From assembly GCA_012295275.1 (NCBI GenBank), contig CM022673.1, forward strand, positions 13,888,001 to 13,952,000: a stretch of 64,000 bases of DNA. Reading direction: 5' to 3'. Under the pieces are notes generated by a model, which saw only the letters and a list, made by a program, of their open reading frames with translations, was not told the origin of the DNA and ran no database searches. Position numbers and translations under genes: made by a program. The stretch is from Chrysomallon squamiferum. Its lineage: Eukaryota; Animalia; Mollusca. Shown piece by piece: positions 1 through 64,000 of this stretch. Numbering within the stretch: position 1 is the stretch's first letter; every line of letters starts with the position of its first letter.

Positions 1-204
1 TCGTCAAGATCAACCACACACGTGCATGCCTTTTATAATAACAACATCATCATCATCAACAACAACAGTATTAATTGTTACTACTGTTATTATTGTTATT
101 ATTGTTATTATTATTGTTGTTGTTCTTTAAATTATTGTTAGTTTATTATAATTATTATCATTATTGTTATTGTTGTAGTTATTATTATTATTATGTTAAT
201 ACAG

Positions 205-63990
<63,786 letters not shown>

Positions 63991-64000
63991 GTCAGTATAT

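Overview
AT-rich, microsatellite-laden animal (probably invertebrate, mollusc-like) genomic DNA. The whole window lies inside one very large + strand gene. I traced 107 GT-AG exons by hand (about 18.1 kb coding, about 6,050 aa) encoding 36 tandem MAM domains (34 complete, 2 cut by the window edges). I saw no LDLa, EGF, TM or signal segment, and no start or stop codon. The domains form a strict three-domain (A-B-C) super-repeat separated by Thr/Pro-rich linkers. In the first half, a nine-domain higher-order repeat is supported by shared extra introns and sequence signatures. The reading frame breaks at five single points, probably assembly indels. About ten exon boundaries carry tandem duplications of their own splice site, and one is in frame and would add RGD-containing repeats. 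Introns hold minisatellites, microsatellites and decayed retroelement fragments.
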